From Acidimicrobiales bacterium (GTDB taxonomy: Bacteria > Actinomycetota > Acidimicrobiia > Acidimicrobiales > CADCSY01): DNA of 63,124 bases. This document shows positions 10,317 through 20,100 of this stretch, in pieces. The position numbers and the translations under genes were made by a program. How positions within the stretch are numbered: position 1 is the first letter of the stretch; the number at the start of each line of letters is the position of its first letter. Under the pieces are notes generated by a model. The model had not been told where the DNA came from, searched no databases, and saw only the letters and a list, made by a program, of their open reading frames with translations. The stretch lies in assembly GCA_038256565.1 (NCBI GenBank), contig JBBSKG010000001.1, positions 1 through 63,124 on the forward strand. The letters are read 5' to 3'.

Positions 10317-11311
10317 GTCTGCGTGATGTGCTCGACTCGGTCATCGAGGCACCGGTCTTCACGAGTTTCACCCGGATCGGGTACATGTCTCGTAGGTGCC
10401 TCGACCGCTGGACACCACTCGATAGCTACAACCTGAGCGGTCGGGTGATCTTGCTGACCGGAGCCACATCGGGTCTCGGCCGAGCCGCTGCCACCCAACT
10501 GGCCCGCTGCGGGGCCACTCTCGTGCTGGTTGGACGCAAACCCGACCGCAACGACACCGTGGTCACCGAGATGATCGAAGCGACTGGCAACAAGGCCATC
10601 ACCCATGTGGCTGCTGACATGGGTGACTACTCCCAGGTACGAGACTTGGCTAAGCGGGTGCTCAGTGAACACGGTCGCCTCGATGTGCTAATTCACAATG
10701 CCGGGGCGCTGACGAACGAACGCCGGGACGCACCAGATGGCACCGAGGCCACGATCGCTAGCCAGGTTGTCGGACCGTTCCTGCTCACCGGACTTTTGCT
10801 TGAACGCCTGGCGCTGTCGGCACCTGCACGAGTCCTCACCATGGCGTCGGGGGGCATGTACGCCGCGCTCCTTAGTGTTTCCGGTCTCCAGATGCTGGCT
10901 GCGGGATACAAAGGAGCCGAGCAGTACGCCCGGGCCAAACGAGCCCAAGTCATCCTCAATGAGTTGTGGGCCGAACGGTTCGGGCACCTCGGGATCCATT
11001 TCCACGCCCTGCATCCGGGTTGGGCCGACACCCCGGGGGTCGATGCTGCACTCCCGACGTTCTCCAAGGCGATGGGCCCGCTCCTACGCACAGCAAACCA
11101 AGGAGCCGACACCCTGGTGTGGCTCGCTGCCGACGACTCGGCGCTGGAATCCAACGGTCGCTTCTGGCTCGATCGCCGGCCCCGTAGTACGCACAGGTTA
11201 CGCTCTACCAAGAGGTCCGATACACCCGAGCGACGAGATCGACTCTGGGCCTGGGTCACCGAAACCGCAGGAAACCAGCCCCTACCGCCCGGTCCCCCGG
11301 TGGGAATCTGA
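10313..11311 (+). CDS. SDR family oxidoreductase
   Basis: TGATSGLG cofactor motif, NAG, and a YxxxK-like YARAK catalytic motif. Confidence 0.8.
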   Translation: MSLRDVLDSVIEAPVFTSFTRIGYMSRRCLDRWTPLDSYNLSGRVILLTGATSGLGRAAATQLARCGATLVLVGRKPDRNDTVVTEMIEATGNKAITHVAADMGDYSQVRDLAKRVLSEHGRLDVLIHNAGALTNERRDAPDGTEATIASQVVGPFLLTGLLLERLALSAPARVLTMASGGMYAALLSVSGLQMLAAGYKGAEQYARAKRAQVILNELWAERFGHLGIHFHALHPGWADTPGVDAALPTFSKAMGPLLRTANQGADTLVWLAADDSALESNGRFWLDRRPRSTHRLRSTKRSDTPERRDRLWAWVTETAGNQPLPPGPPVGI

Positions 11312-11492
11312 ACCTTCCCTCATCAATCTTCGGGGCTCCAGTTCAGTCCACTCCCCACGAAGCAGCAATTGAACTACAGGGTTTGGCAAAATATGGAAAA
11401 TGGTAAGTCTGGGTCACTTCTCGATGCATATGCGACCGATTCGCTCGCCCACGGGGCTACGATTGTAATTTAAATACTCCCCACGCAGGAAC

Positions 11493-12665
11493 GTGCTGCC
11501 CGTGCGACAACGATTAATAAGTATCTTGTTGACACTGACAATCTTGGCGGTTGCACCGCCCGTTTCGGCCGCGCAACCAAAGGCCGACCCCCGGAAAGAG
11601 CGCGAGGCTATTCGGAAGCGTAAAGCAGAGGTTGCAGCGCAAGTTGACGTGATGCGCGCCGAGGACGCAAAGGTAGGAAAGGCCCTCGTTGCCCTAAACG
11701 CTGACCTTGCCTCACAAGAGGCATTGCTTCAAAGCGCTGAACAGGCCGTGACTCAAGCCGTTGGTGAATTGGCAAAAGCTAAAACCGACGAAGAGCGAAT
11801 CGTTGCACAAGTAGACCGCCTAGAAGCCAACCTCATGGATATGGCAATCCGTGCCTATATAGATGGCGACCAGCCTCTTGAGTTCGGTTCCCTTGCAACG
11901 TCACGCAACCTTTCCGAAGCAGTTCGCCAAGCCGCACTTGCACAAGTGGTTTTTGGTTCTGCCCAAGACACGAGGAACCAACTCCGAGCCGCCCGAGAAG
12001 ACCTCAAGGTGGTTCGTGAACAAGCACAAACTGCTGCAGAGACCGCTAAGACTCGGAAAACAGAAGTAGTGCAGCGCCTTGAACAAGTTGCTGACGCTCG
12101 CAATCGCCAAGAAGCATTCTCTGACCAACTTGAGACTCGAATCGAGGCTCGCCTTGCCGAAGCGGCATCACTAGCCCAACTTGACCAACAACTCAGTGCC
12201 GAAATCGCTCGTCGACAAGAAGCTCTTTCTCGCCAAAATCGCGGAGGACGGACCGCTCCAGGTGCTTCATCTGCGCCCATGGGAGGCGTTCCCGTTCGCA
12301 ACGTCGGGGGCATTTGGGTACATGAATCGATTGCCGAAGATGTTGCCGCTTTATTAGAGGCTGCTGCTGGCGATGGCATAATCCTCGGAGGCGGTGGATA
12401 TAGAAACTCTGCCGATCAGCAACGCTTGCGTGAAGCCCACTGCAGTGACCCAGTGAACTCCCCTGCTTCGTCTTGTCGCCCACCAACTGCCAGACCCGGC
12501 ATGTCACAACATGAACGAGGCTTGGCCATCGACTTCACCTACGAGGGCGGAGTAATGACATCTAGATCCAGCCCTGGATATCGGTGGTTAGCCGAAAATG
12601 CAAGCCGATTTGGGTTAAAGAACCTTCCTTCTGAACCTTGGCACTGGTCAACAACCGGTGAATAG
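11493..12665 (+). CDS. secreted coiled-coil protein with C-terminal M15B (VanY-like) D,D-carboxypeptidase domain
   Basis: Signal peptide, about 250 aa of heptad-like Ala/Glu/Gln/Arg-rich sequence, then GGGYRNSADQQRL...SQHERGLAIDF...WLAENASRFGL...EPWHWS (M15 zinc ligands). Confidence 0.75.
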   Translation: MLPVRQRLISILLTLTILAVAPPVSAAQPKADPRKEREAIRKRKAEVAAQVDVMRAEDAKVGKALVALNADLASQEALLQSAEQAVTQAVGELAKAKTDEERIVAQVDRLEANLMDMAIRAYIDGDQPLEFGSLATSRNLSEAVRQAALAQVVFGSAQDTRNQLRAAREDLKVVREQAQTAAETAKTRKTEVVQRLEQVADARNRQEAFSDQLETRIEARLAEAASLAQLDQQLSAEIARRQEALSRQNRGGRTAPGASSAPMGGVPVRNVGGIWVHESIAEDVAALLEAAAGDGIILGGGGYRNSADQQRLREAHCSDPVNSPASSCRPPTARPGMSQHERGLAIDFTYEGGVMTSRSSPGYRWLAENASRFGLKNLPSEPWHWSTTGE

Positions 12666-12686
12666 CTGGTCCCTGGGACCCGATAC

Positions 12687-13922
12687 ATGAACCGAACGTT
12701 TGGATCACTGCGTAACAGAAACTTCCGGGTCTTCTTTATTGGCCAAGCCGTGAGTCAAATTGGCACCTGGCTACAGCTCATCGCCCAGGCGCTACTTGTG
12801 CTTGACCTCACCGATTCAGGCATCTCCCTCGGACTCGTAACCGCTTGTCAGTTCGCTCCAATTCTCGTGCTGGGTTCATGGGCAGGAGTAGTGGTTGATC
12901 GAGTCGACAAACGCCGGCTCATGCTCATTACGCAAACCTCAATGATGCTGAGTGCGTTGGCCCTCGGGGTTCTCGTAATAACCGACAATGCCACGGTTGA
13001 ACTGATTTATCTTCTTGCTGCGCTTACGGGTCTTGGTAACACTTTTGATAATCCGGCGAGGCGGGTATTGGTCACCGAACTAGTGCCCGAAGCAGACATG
13101 GCAAACGCAATGAGTCTGACCAGCTCACTAATGACTGGCGCTCGTGTCATCGCTCCATCCATTGCCGCTCTTCTCATCGGAACTGTAGGCATTGGGTGGT
13201 GTTTTATCGCCAACAGTGTCTCGTTCATGGCCGTGTTGATAGGACTGAACCAAATTGACCTAAGCCAGCTACGACCCGTTGAAAGGGCAGTAAGGGCCAA
13301 AGGCCAAGTGCGGGAAGGCTGGCGATACGTCTGGGCTGACCCAGACCTCCGACTCGTCATTGTGATGATGGCAGTGGTCGCCACGTTCTCTTATAACTGG
13401 AACGTGCTCTTGCCTCTAATGGCAGAGCGAACCTTCAGCGGCAACGAGAGCACCTATGCCCTCATAACCACAGTCTTTGGTATTGGTTCGCTATTCGGAT
13501 CGCTAGCTGTAGCTAGGCGTGGGCCAGTCGACCCTGAGTTTCTGGCCCGTTGCTCATTGTCATTTGGTGTTGCGAGCATGTTGATTGCCCTCGCACCAAA
13601 CCCCCTCGTCGCCGCACTGACTGGAGCGGTAGCTGGTGGGTTTGGTCTCGCCTTTCTAGTGGGCACTACAACCTGCCTGCAGCTCCGTGCCCAACCCATC
13701 ATGCGAGGTCGGGTCATGGCGCTCTACACCGTCTTGTTATTCGGTTCGACACCATTTGGTGGGCCCCTTATGGGCTGGCTCGCCGAATTAGTTGGCGTAC
13801 GTCAAACCATCGGCATTGGTGCCTCTGCAGCCCTGCTAAGTGGACTTATAGGACTAATTGTCTTTAGACGACGCCCTGAACCAGAGTCATCGAGCTTGAG
13901 ATCGTCGCCACTAGCTAGTTGA
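12687..13922 (+). CDS. MFS transporter (EntS/DUF894-like)
   Basis: 411 aa with about 12 predicted TM helices. N-terminus MNRTFGSLRNRNFRVFFIGQAVSQIGTW is typical of this MFS subgroup. Confidence 0.8.
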   Translation: MNRTFGSLRNRNFRVFFIGQAVSQIGTWLQLIAQALLVLDLTDSGISLGLVTACQFAPILVLGSWAGVVVDRVDKRRLMLITQTSMMLSALALGVLVITDNATVELIYLLAALTGLGNTFDNPARRVLVTELVPEADMANAMSLTSSLMTGARVIAPSIAALLIGTVGIGWCFIANSVSFMAVLIGLNQIDLSQLRPVERAVRAKGQVREGWRYVWADPDLRLVIVMMAVVATFSYNWNVLLPLMAERTFSGNESTYALITTVFGIGSLFGSLAVARRGPVDPEFLARCSLSFGVASMLIALAPNPLVAALTGAVAGGFGLAFLVGTTTCLQLRAQPIMRGRVMALYTVLLFGSTPFGGPLMGWLAELVGVRQTIGIGASAALLSGLIGLIVFRRRPEPESSSLRSSPLAS

Positions 13923-13985
13923 ATGGCGGCGAGTTGAATGGTCGGCGAATGAAATGCCGTCAATATTGGCCACTAGGGGGATCTT

Positions 13986-15143
13986 GTGCGTACTGCTGTA
14001 ACAGATATGTTGGGAATCGAGTTTCCGATCTTGGCATTCAGCCATTGTCGAGATGTCGTTGCGGCAGTTACTAACGCTGGCGGTTGCGGGGTGCTTGGAG
14101 CGGTGGCTCACTCCCCCGAACACCTTGAGATCGACCTCAAATGGATCGAAGAAGAAGTGAAGGGAAAGCCCTATGGCGTTGACCTGCTTATCCCCACGCA
14201 CTACGTAGGCGAAGAGCAAGGTGGCCTCGACCCATCGAGCCTGAAGGGCCTCGTTTCTGAAGATCACCGGAACTGGCTAAATGAACTGCTCGATCGCTAT
14301 GGCGTGCCTCCTATGCCCGATGAAGACCGCAGCGATCATGAATCTGCCGGAGGGTTTGCTGGCATGCGCATTGACCCTAAGAGCATGGCACCGCTGCTCG
14401 ATGTGGCCTTCAATCACAAGATCTCCTTGATCGCCAGCGCACTCGGGCCACCCCCGCCGCATCTTGTTGAGCGTTCTCGCAAAGCTGGTGTGCCAGTAGC
14501 AGCGCTTGCCGGAGCGACCGAACATGCCATTCGTCATGCCGAAGCTGGCGCTGATCTCATCATTGCGCAAGGAACCGAAGCTGGCGGCCACACCGGACAG
14601 GTAGCAACGATGGTGCTCGTCCCCGAAGTCGTCGACGCCGTGGCCCCCGTTCCGGTCTTGGCAGCAGGCGGCATAGGCCGTGGACGTCAACTTGCAGCTT
14701 CGTTGGCTCTTGGCGCTGAAGGTGTTTGGTGCGGCTCGGTCTGGTTAACCACTGAAGAAGCAGAAACCCCACCTGTCGTAAAGAACAAATACGTCGCAGC
14801 GGGTTCAAGCGACACCGTTCGATCACGCTCAATCACCGGCAAACCAGCTCGCATGTTGCGCACTGCCTGGACAGACGAGTGGGAATCAGCGACTTCCCCA
14901 GGAACACTGCCAATGCCATTGCAACCCATGTTGGTTGGCGAGGCAATGCAACGGATCAACCGAGTAGCCCATCATGAAGGCACCGGGGCTCACGACCTAG
15001 TCACCTATTTCGTGGGTCAGATCGTTGGGAACATGAATGGCATCAAGCCCACTCGAACCGTCGTGCTCGACATGGTTGAAGAGTTCATCGACGCTTCGCA
15101 ACGCCTAGACCGTCTCATGAATGAAGAACCAGCACCTCGCTAG
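13986..15143 (+). CDS. nitronate monooxygenase (NMO/2-nitropropane dioxygenase family)
   Basis: MLGIEFPILAFSH...IIAQGTEAGGHTG...AAGGIGRG motifs of FMN-dependent NMO. Confidence 0.8.
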   Translation: MRTAVTDMLGIEFPILAFSHCRDVVAAVTNAGGCGVLGAVAHSPEHLEIDLKWIEEEVKGKPYGVDLLIPTHYVGEEQGGLDPSSLKGLVSEDHRNWLNELLDRYGVPPMPDEDRSDHESAGGFAGMRIDPKSMAPLLDVAFNHKISLIASALGPPPPHLVERSRKAGVPVAALAGATEHAIRHAEAGADLIIAQGTEAGGHTGQVATMVLVPEVVDAVAPVPVLAAGGIGRGRQLAASLALGAEGVWCGSVWLTTEEAETPPVVKNKYVAAGSSDTVRSRSITGKPARMLRTAWTDEWESATSPGTLPMPLQPMLVGEAMQRINRVAHHEGTGAHDLVTYFVGQIVGNMNGIKPTRTVVLDMVEEFIDASQRLDRLMNEEPAPR

Positions 15144-16408
15144 CTCTTTTGAAAGACCGCCACGGTTTCTACGTGTGAGGTTTGTGGAAACAGGTCGATT
15201 ACCGTGACGCGTTCGAGTGCATAGCCTGAGGTCTTAAGTAGAGCTGCGTCGCGGGCTAAGGCGGCCGGGTCACAGCTCACCAGCACCACACGAGCGGCAC
15301 CCGTTGCGACAATCGCTTTGACTCCTGGGGCTTTTAACCCCGTACGTGGTGGGTCGGCGATCACTACATCGGCAGGCGAAGGTCGCCAGCTTGTGACGTT
15401 GAGCCTATGAATGCGCACGTTGCGATCTGCCAGATTGACCCGAGCATCGGCTACCGATGAAGCGCTCCACTCCACCAGTTCACATTGCCAACCTTCATCG
15501 ACCGTGCCTGCGAAAAGTCCGACTCCACCGAAGAGATCTACCAACCGAGCGCCGCCTTTATCGGGAACACCAACTCCCGCTCGTACTGCCTCTATCAAAG
15601 CCTCGGCCCCATCTGGGCGGTCTTGAAAAAATGATCTAGCTGAGAATCTCCAGCGTTTCCCCGCAAGCTCTTCGTGAATCCAAACACGGCGTCCGGCCTT
15701 CAACTCCTTTAGGCCAACCACAACAACGTCGGGTGGAATCTGAAGGCCTTCGGTCGTGGGGTTGGCCACGATGAGGCGCTCGCCCGTGTTTGCACCACAG
15801 CGCAGCGTTATCTCTTTTGCCAACCCGAAATCGGCCTCATGAATCAACTCGTCGAGCAGCGGGTGCGCCACCAAACAATGATCAACCGGGACAAGGTCAT
15901 GGCTGTGCGCCCGTCGATAGCCAGGTCTTCCTTCACCTGCGCCAGCAAGGCGGACCGTGGTGCGATATCCCATGGCGTCGAGCACTGGGCCCTCAACTAT
16001 TACTGCGTCATCAATACCGCCAAGTCGTCGTAGGGCATCGGCAACGATGGCGACCTTGAAACTCGGCTGAGCACTTGGCTCAACATGTTGCCAGTCGCAA
16101 CCCCCGCAACCTTGTTCTACGTGTGGGCAAGGAGGCTTAACCCGTTCCTTTGCTGCGTCTAGCACCTTGAGCACTTCCCCCCGAGCGAAGTCACGGCGAG
16201 TCTCGGTCAGCTCGGCCAATATCCGTTCACCAGGCAGCACCCCTGAGACAAAGACCACTTTGCCATCGTCGCCCCGAGCCAAGCCGTCTCCTCCTGCGGC
16301 AAAGGCGAAAACCTGCAACTCGACCGCGTTCAGTTCAGAGGTAGGCAATTCAGAGACAGGCAATTCAGAGACAGGCAATTCAGAGAAAGGCACTTCAGGA
16401 GATGTCAC
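15140..16408 (-). CDS. 23S rRNA (uracil-5-)-methyltransferase RumA/TrmA family
   Basis: TRAM-like N-terminus, Cys cluster CPHVEQGCGGCDWQH, and C-terminal SAM-MTase (DPPRTG, VSCDPA). Its stop and the NMO stop share the palindrome CTAG at 15140-15143. Confidence 0.8.
   Translation of the reverse strand: MTSPEVPFSELPVSELPVSELPTSELNAVELQVFAFAAGGDGLARGDDGKVVFVSGVLPGERILAELTETRRDFARGEVLKVLDAAKERVKPPCPHVEQGCGGCDWQHVEPSAQPSFKVAIVADALRRLGGIDDAVIVEGPVLDAMGYRTTVRLAGAGEGRPGYRRAHSHDLVPVDHCLVAHPLLDELIHEADFGLAKEITLRCGANTGERLIVANPTTEGLQIPPDVVVVGLKELKAGRRVWIHEELAGKRWRFSARSFFQDRPDGAEALIEAVRAGVGVPDKGGARLVDLFGGVGLFAGTVDEGWQCELVEWSASSVADARVNLADRNVRIHRLNVTSWRPSPADVVIADPPRTGLKAPGVKAIVATGAARVVLVSCDPAALARDAALLKTSGYALERVTVIDLFPQTSHVETVAVFQKS
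16331..16405. repeat. 15-bp tandem repeat (about 5 units, 3 near-perfect) inside the methyltransferase 5' end
   Basis: cagttcagaggtagg / caattcagagacagg / caattcagagacagg / caattcagagaaagg / cacttcaggagatgt. Encodes FSELPVSELPVSELPTSEL. Confidence 0.9.
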
Positions 16409-16447
16409 CTAGTGAGGATAGGGCTGGAAGGCGTATCGTCTGTGTTC

Positions 16448-17125
16448 ATGGCACGACCACTACAAATTGTCCCCTCGGTCTTACCCGCTAACTTCGCACG
16501 TCTTGGCGAGGAAGTTATTGCTCTCGAAAAGGCAGGGGTCGACTGCATTCAATGGGACATCATGGACGGTCGCTTTGTTCCGAACCTCACTTTTGGACCC
16601 GATGTAGTGGCCTCGGTCCGCCCGCTCGTGACCATTCCCTTCGAGGCTCACCTGATGATCGAAGAGCCCGACACGCTCATCAAACAATTCGTAGATGCCG
16701 GATGCGAACTCATCATCGTCCACGCTGAGACGACCCATCACCTGCACCGAACACTTGGTCTAATTAACGAACTGGGTGCACGGACGGGCGTTGCTCTCAA
16801 CCCCGGCACTCCAGCCGAGGTTGTACGTCGTCTGCTCGACCTCATCGACATGGTGTTGGTAATGACGGTTAACCCGGGCTTTGGTGGGCAGAGTTACATT
16901 GCCTCGATGGAGCCCAAAATTGCTGAAGTCGCCGCCATGATTGCAGCCAGCGGTGAAGAAATCGATCTCGAAGTAGATGGAGGAATCGGGCCATCTACCA
17001 TCGCTGGAGCCGCTGCAGCCGGGGCCAACGTGTTGGTCGCAGGAACTGCTCTTTATAAAGACCCCAAAGGATTGGCTCACGCTGTAACCGACCTGCGAAC
17101 CCGAGCTGAGGCCGCCCGCTCCTAA
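16448..17125 (+). CDS. rpe: ribulose-phosphate 3-epimerase
   Basis: IVPSVLPANFARLGEE...DIMDGRFVPNLTFG...VMTVNPGFGGQ. Start trimmed to MARPLQ. Confidence 0.9.
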   Translation: MARPLQIVPSVLPANFARLGEEVIALEKAGVDCIQWDIMDGRFVPNLTFGPDVVASVRPLVTIPFEAHLMIEEPDTLIKQFVDAGCELIIVHAETTHHLHRTLGLINELGARTGVALNPGTPAEVVRRLLDLIDMVLVMTVNPGFGGQSYIASMEPKIAEVAAMIAASGEEIDLEVDGGIGPSTIAGAAAAGANVLVAGTALYKDPKGLAHAVTDLRTRAEAARS

Positions 17126-20100
17126 AGGCCAACGATTAGGTTCGCCTGTTCGACGAAACGACAAAGAGCATTTACTAGGCCAAGTTGTTCGGGCCTACGG
17201 CAACGAGTGCGTAACAAAGTCGGGCACCCCACCACAATGGCGAGTGCTTGTGCACGTGAAATAGCCACGTTGAAACGGTTGGGACTAAATAGGAAATCAA
17301 GACCACGGGGTACCTCATCAGCAGACGAGGCTGCCAACGAATAGATAACCACGGGGGCCTCCTGGCCTTGGAAACGATCAACCGTTCCCACTCGCACGCC
17401 CGCAGGCAGCACCTCGCTCAACAACGCCACCTGGGCGTTATAAGGCGCTATTACCATGATGTCTTCGAGGCCCAATGGCCTCGTATCGCCTTCCTGGTTC
17501 GTAAATGAACAGTGAAGCAATTGGCTAACAAGGACTGCTATTGCCTCGGCCTCTTCGACTGAACGAGTGCGGTTGCCTTCATGGATTATGGGCATCCAGC
17601 CAAGTCCCGCACTTGGCAGCGGCAATCTGGATGAGTTAGCCAGGCTTTCCGAGTTAGCCAGGCCCGAAATAGCAGGTTCAATACATTGGATGGCGCAAGC
17701 CTCATTGGCCTGAAGGCGACCGTCATAGGCCAGTCGTGAAACAAAATCACATATCTCTGGATGCATGCGGAAACTGCGTTCAAGAAACAAACCGCTCTCA
17801 GGGGCGATCGTGGCCGCACCGTCCAAAATGTGTTCTAAGGCCGATACATCAGCACCAACCGGATGAATTGCTTGTATCGGCGATGAAAGCTGTTGGGGGT
17901 CACCAAGCAACACAAGATTGTTTGCCGCTGCACCCACAGCGACCATGTTGGCCAAAGAAAACTGACCCGCCTCATCAATTACCAACGTATGCAAAGCACC
18001 AACCATTGGCTCACGAGACATAAGCCAAGCCGTGCCCGCCACCACATCGACCTGTCCATCTGCCACCAACTGCTCGACCAACTTGTTGTCATCGACAAGT
18101 TGGACACAAGGGTCGCTTGACCCTGACGCGGAATCGCTAGAGGCCGACTCACCAACTTTGCGTACTGCTCGTAAATCAACTCCTTCAGCTTTGGCCCGAG
18201 CGCACACGGCATCTAACAAGTTGTCAATTGCCTTGTGGCTATGTGCCGTGATGCCCACTCGGTGACCAGCTTGTACGAGCGCAACTATTAGTCGGGCACC
18301 CGTGAAGGTCTTCCCCGACCCTGGTGGCCCTTGAACAGCTAGGTAACTGGAATCTAAAAGTTGAGCAAGACGAACCGCCGCGTCACTGCCAGATTCGTCG
18401 CTACCAGCAAGCTGGGTTCCGGCTTCTATGCCACTAAATCGAGATGGAACTTTTGCCACTACATCGCTCACGGCACGAAATGGAGTCTGGTCACCATCTA
18501 GACCATGCCCCAGGGCTGCCTCAGCCACTCGTACAACCCCCATGCGTAGTGCCTGATCACCAAATGGACGCGCTGGAATGAGAGAACGCGGGTGAGGAGT
18601 CTTTGAGTTTTTTCCTCGTTTGAAATCAATTAAGCCCTTCTGTTGATCGAGGTCGTGAACCTCACCTGCCCCTTTTTGAGTCAGTGGGTCGGTGGGGTTA
18701 TCTCCAGTCTTAATCTTGTGTTCTTGCACTGGATCAAACGCATAACGATGAATGATTGATTGCTTAACCGCTCCAAGCTCACCCATATAGGTCAACTCGC
18801 CAATTGACTCGGTGTCGGTGACCAGCTCTTCATCAGTACGAGCGAGGCGATCAAACCATGCCCACCATTTCGGTTTTGCCTCTCGTCTGTGCCATCCAAC
18901 AAGTTGAGCCAACAACCACATCGCCTGTTGCTTTCCAGTTCTGGCTTCAGGCTCAGCAGGTACGCCGACCAACAAACTCATCACTAGTTCACTAGCTTCT
19001 TGTTCTGATCTAGAAAGGTCTTCGGCTTGTGCCTCAGCCTTGGCCGCTGCTTCGGGCGACTCGTAGTTGTTTGGGTCAAACCGAGGAATCGCTCCGCCCT
19101 GAACTGTTTCCAACTCGCTGCGAAGAGTTTCGAGCCAATCTCGAAGGGCCAAGGTAGAACGACAATCAAGCTCGTTGTAGTCCTGCAACTCTTGAAGTGT
19201 CTCGTCATCTTGTATTTCGCGCCAGATCTCATAGGCAGTAACGCTCGCTGCTCCATCAGAAATCGCACCCTCGCGCTGTGGCCAATAGAAAGGCTCTAAT
19301 TTCTTTAAGCCGTAGCTCTCTAACGAAACCCGAACCCCTTGGCTCACCACTCGGTAAAGGTCGACCATCACCTCAGCTCGCAAGAGATGATCGACTTGAG
19401 CTTCGCGAGTGGCATAGCGGCTCATCAGCTTCTTCATGGCCTGCACTTCATAGGGCGCATAGTGATACACATGCATTTTCGGGTCGGCGTCTAAACGCTC
19501 AATGATCAAGTCGACAAACGCTTCAAAAGCCGCCTTCTCACCAACAAAATCATGGGCCCACAGCGCTTGATAAGCGGGTGCCTTATATGCAGGCGCTTGA
19601 TGGACAGACTCCTTTCTCACTACGTCACTGCTTGCATCGGGACTTTCGAGAACGCCAAACAGATACTCCAACCCATGCTCCCCAACCCAAGGGTCACCCT
19701 CGAAATCGACAAACAAATCACCATGCGAAGGAAGCGGCAAGCCCGCCAAGCCCTGTCGATCTCCTTGGGTCTCAAGTAGCTCATAACGCAATACGCCATC
19801 ATCTCGATGTGCCACCTGAAGTCGAGCTTGATTATAAAGACGCTCAACGGTGGGTGCACCCATGCCTCGAACGCTCTTTGCAGGCTCCAATCGCGCTAGC
19901 TGGCCCATCGTTGAAACCCCTGCTCGCTGTAGCTTGACCACCCCATCACCTCGCATGCGCGCCACAAGCGATAGATGATCATCTTCACGACGTCGTTCAT
20001 CACAAACCTCGTCCCACGGACAAAGGCGACAATGGTTCACCGGTGTGGGATAAGTGGCTGGAACCTCATCATCTATCACCGCATCTATAAGTCGTTGCTT

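Noticed and set aside
1-11340. Numerous 60-310-aa antisense or out-of-frame ORFs in the GC-rich block (e.g. 533-1030, 2668-3597, 5143-5751, 6303-6950, 10693-11259)
   Set aside because: These are typical high-GC shadow ORFs. They have Arg/Ala/Pro/Ser-rich low-complexity translations and lie fully inside well-supported genes on the other strand or in another frame.
11350-11485. Possible c-di-AMP (ydaO-type) riboswitch or other leader upstream of the M15 cell-wall hydrolase, suggested by the direct repeat ACTCCCCACG (11350-11359, 11476-11485) and a complementary ACGGGG
   Set aside because: I cannot find the conserved ydaO core elements by eye. The repeat may be coincidental or a protein-binding site. 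It would need a covariance-model scan to revisit.
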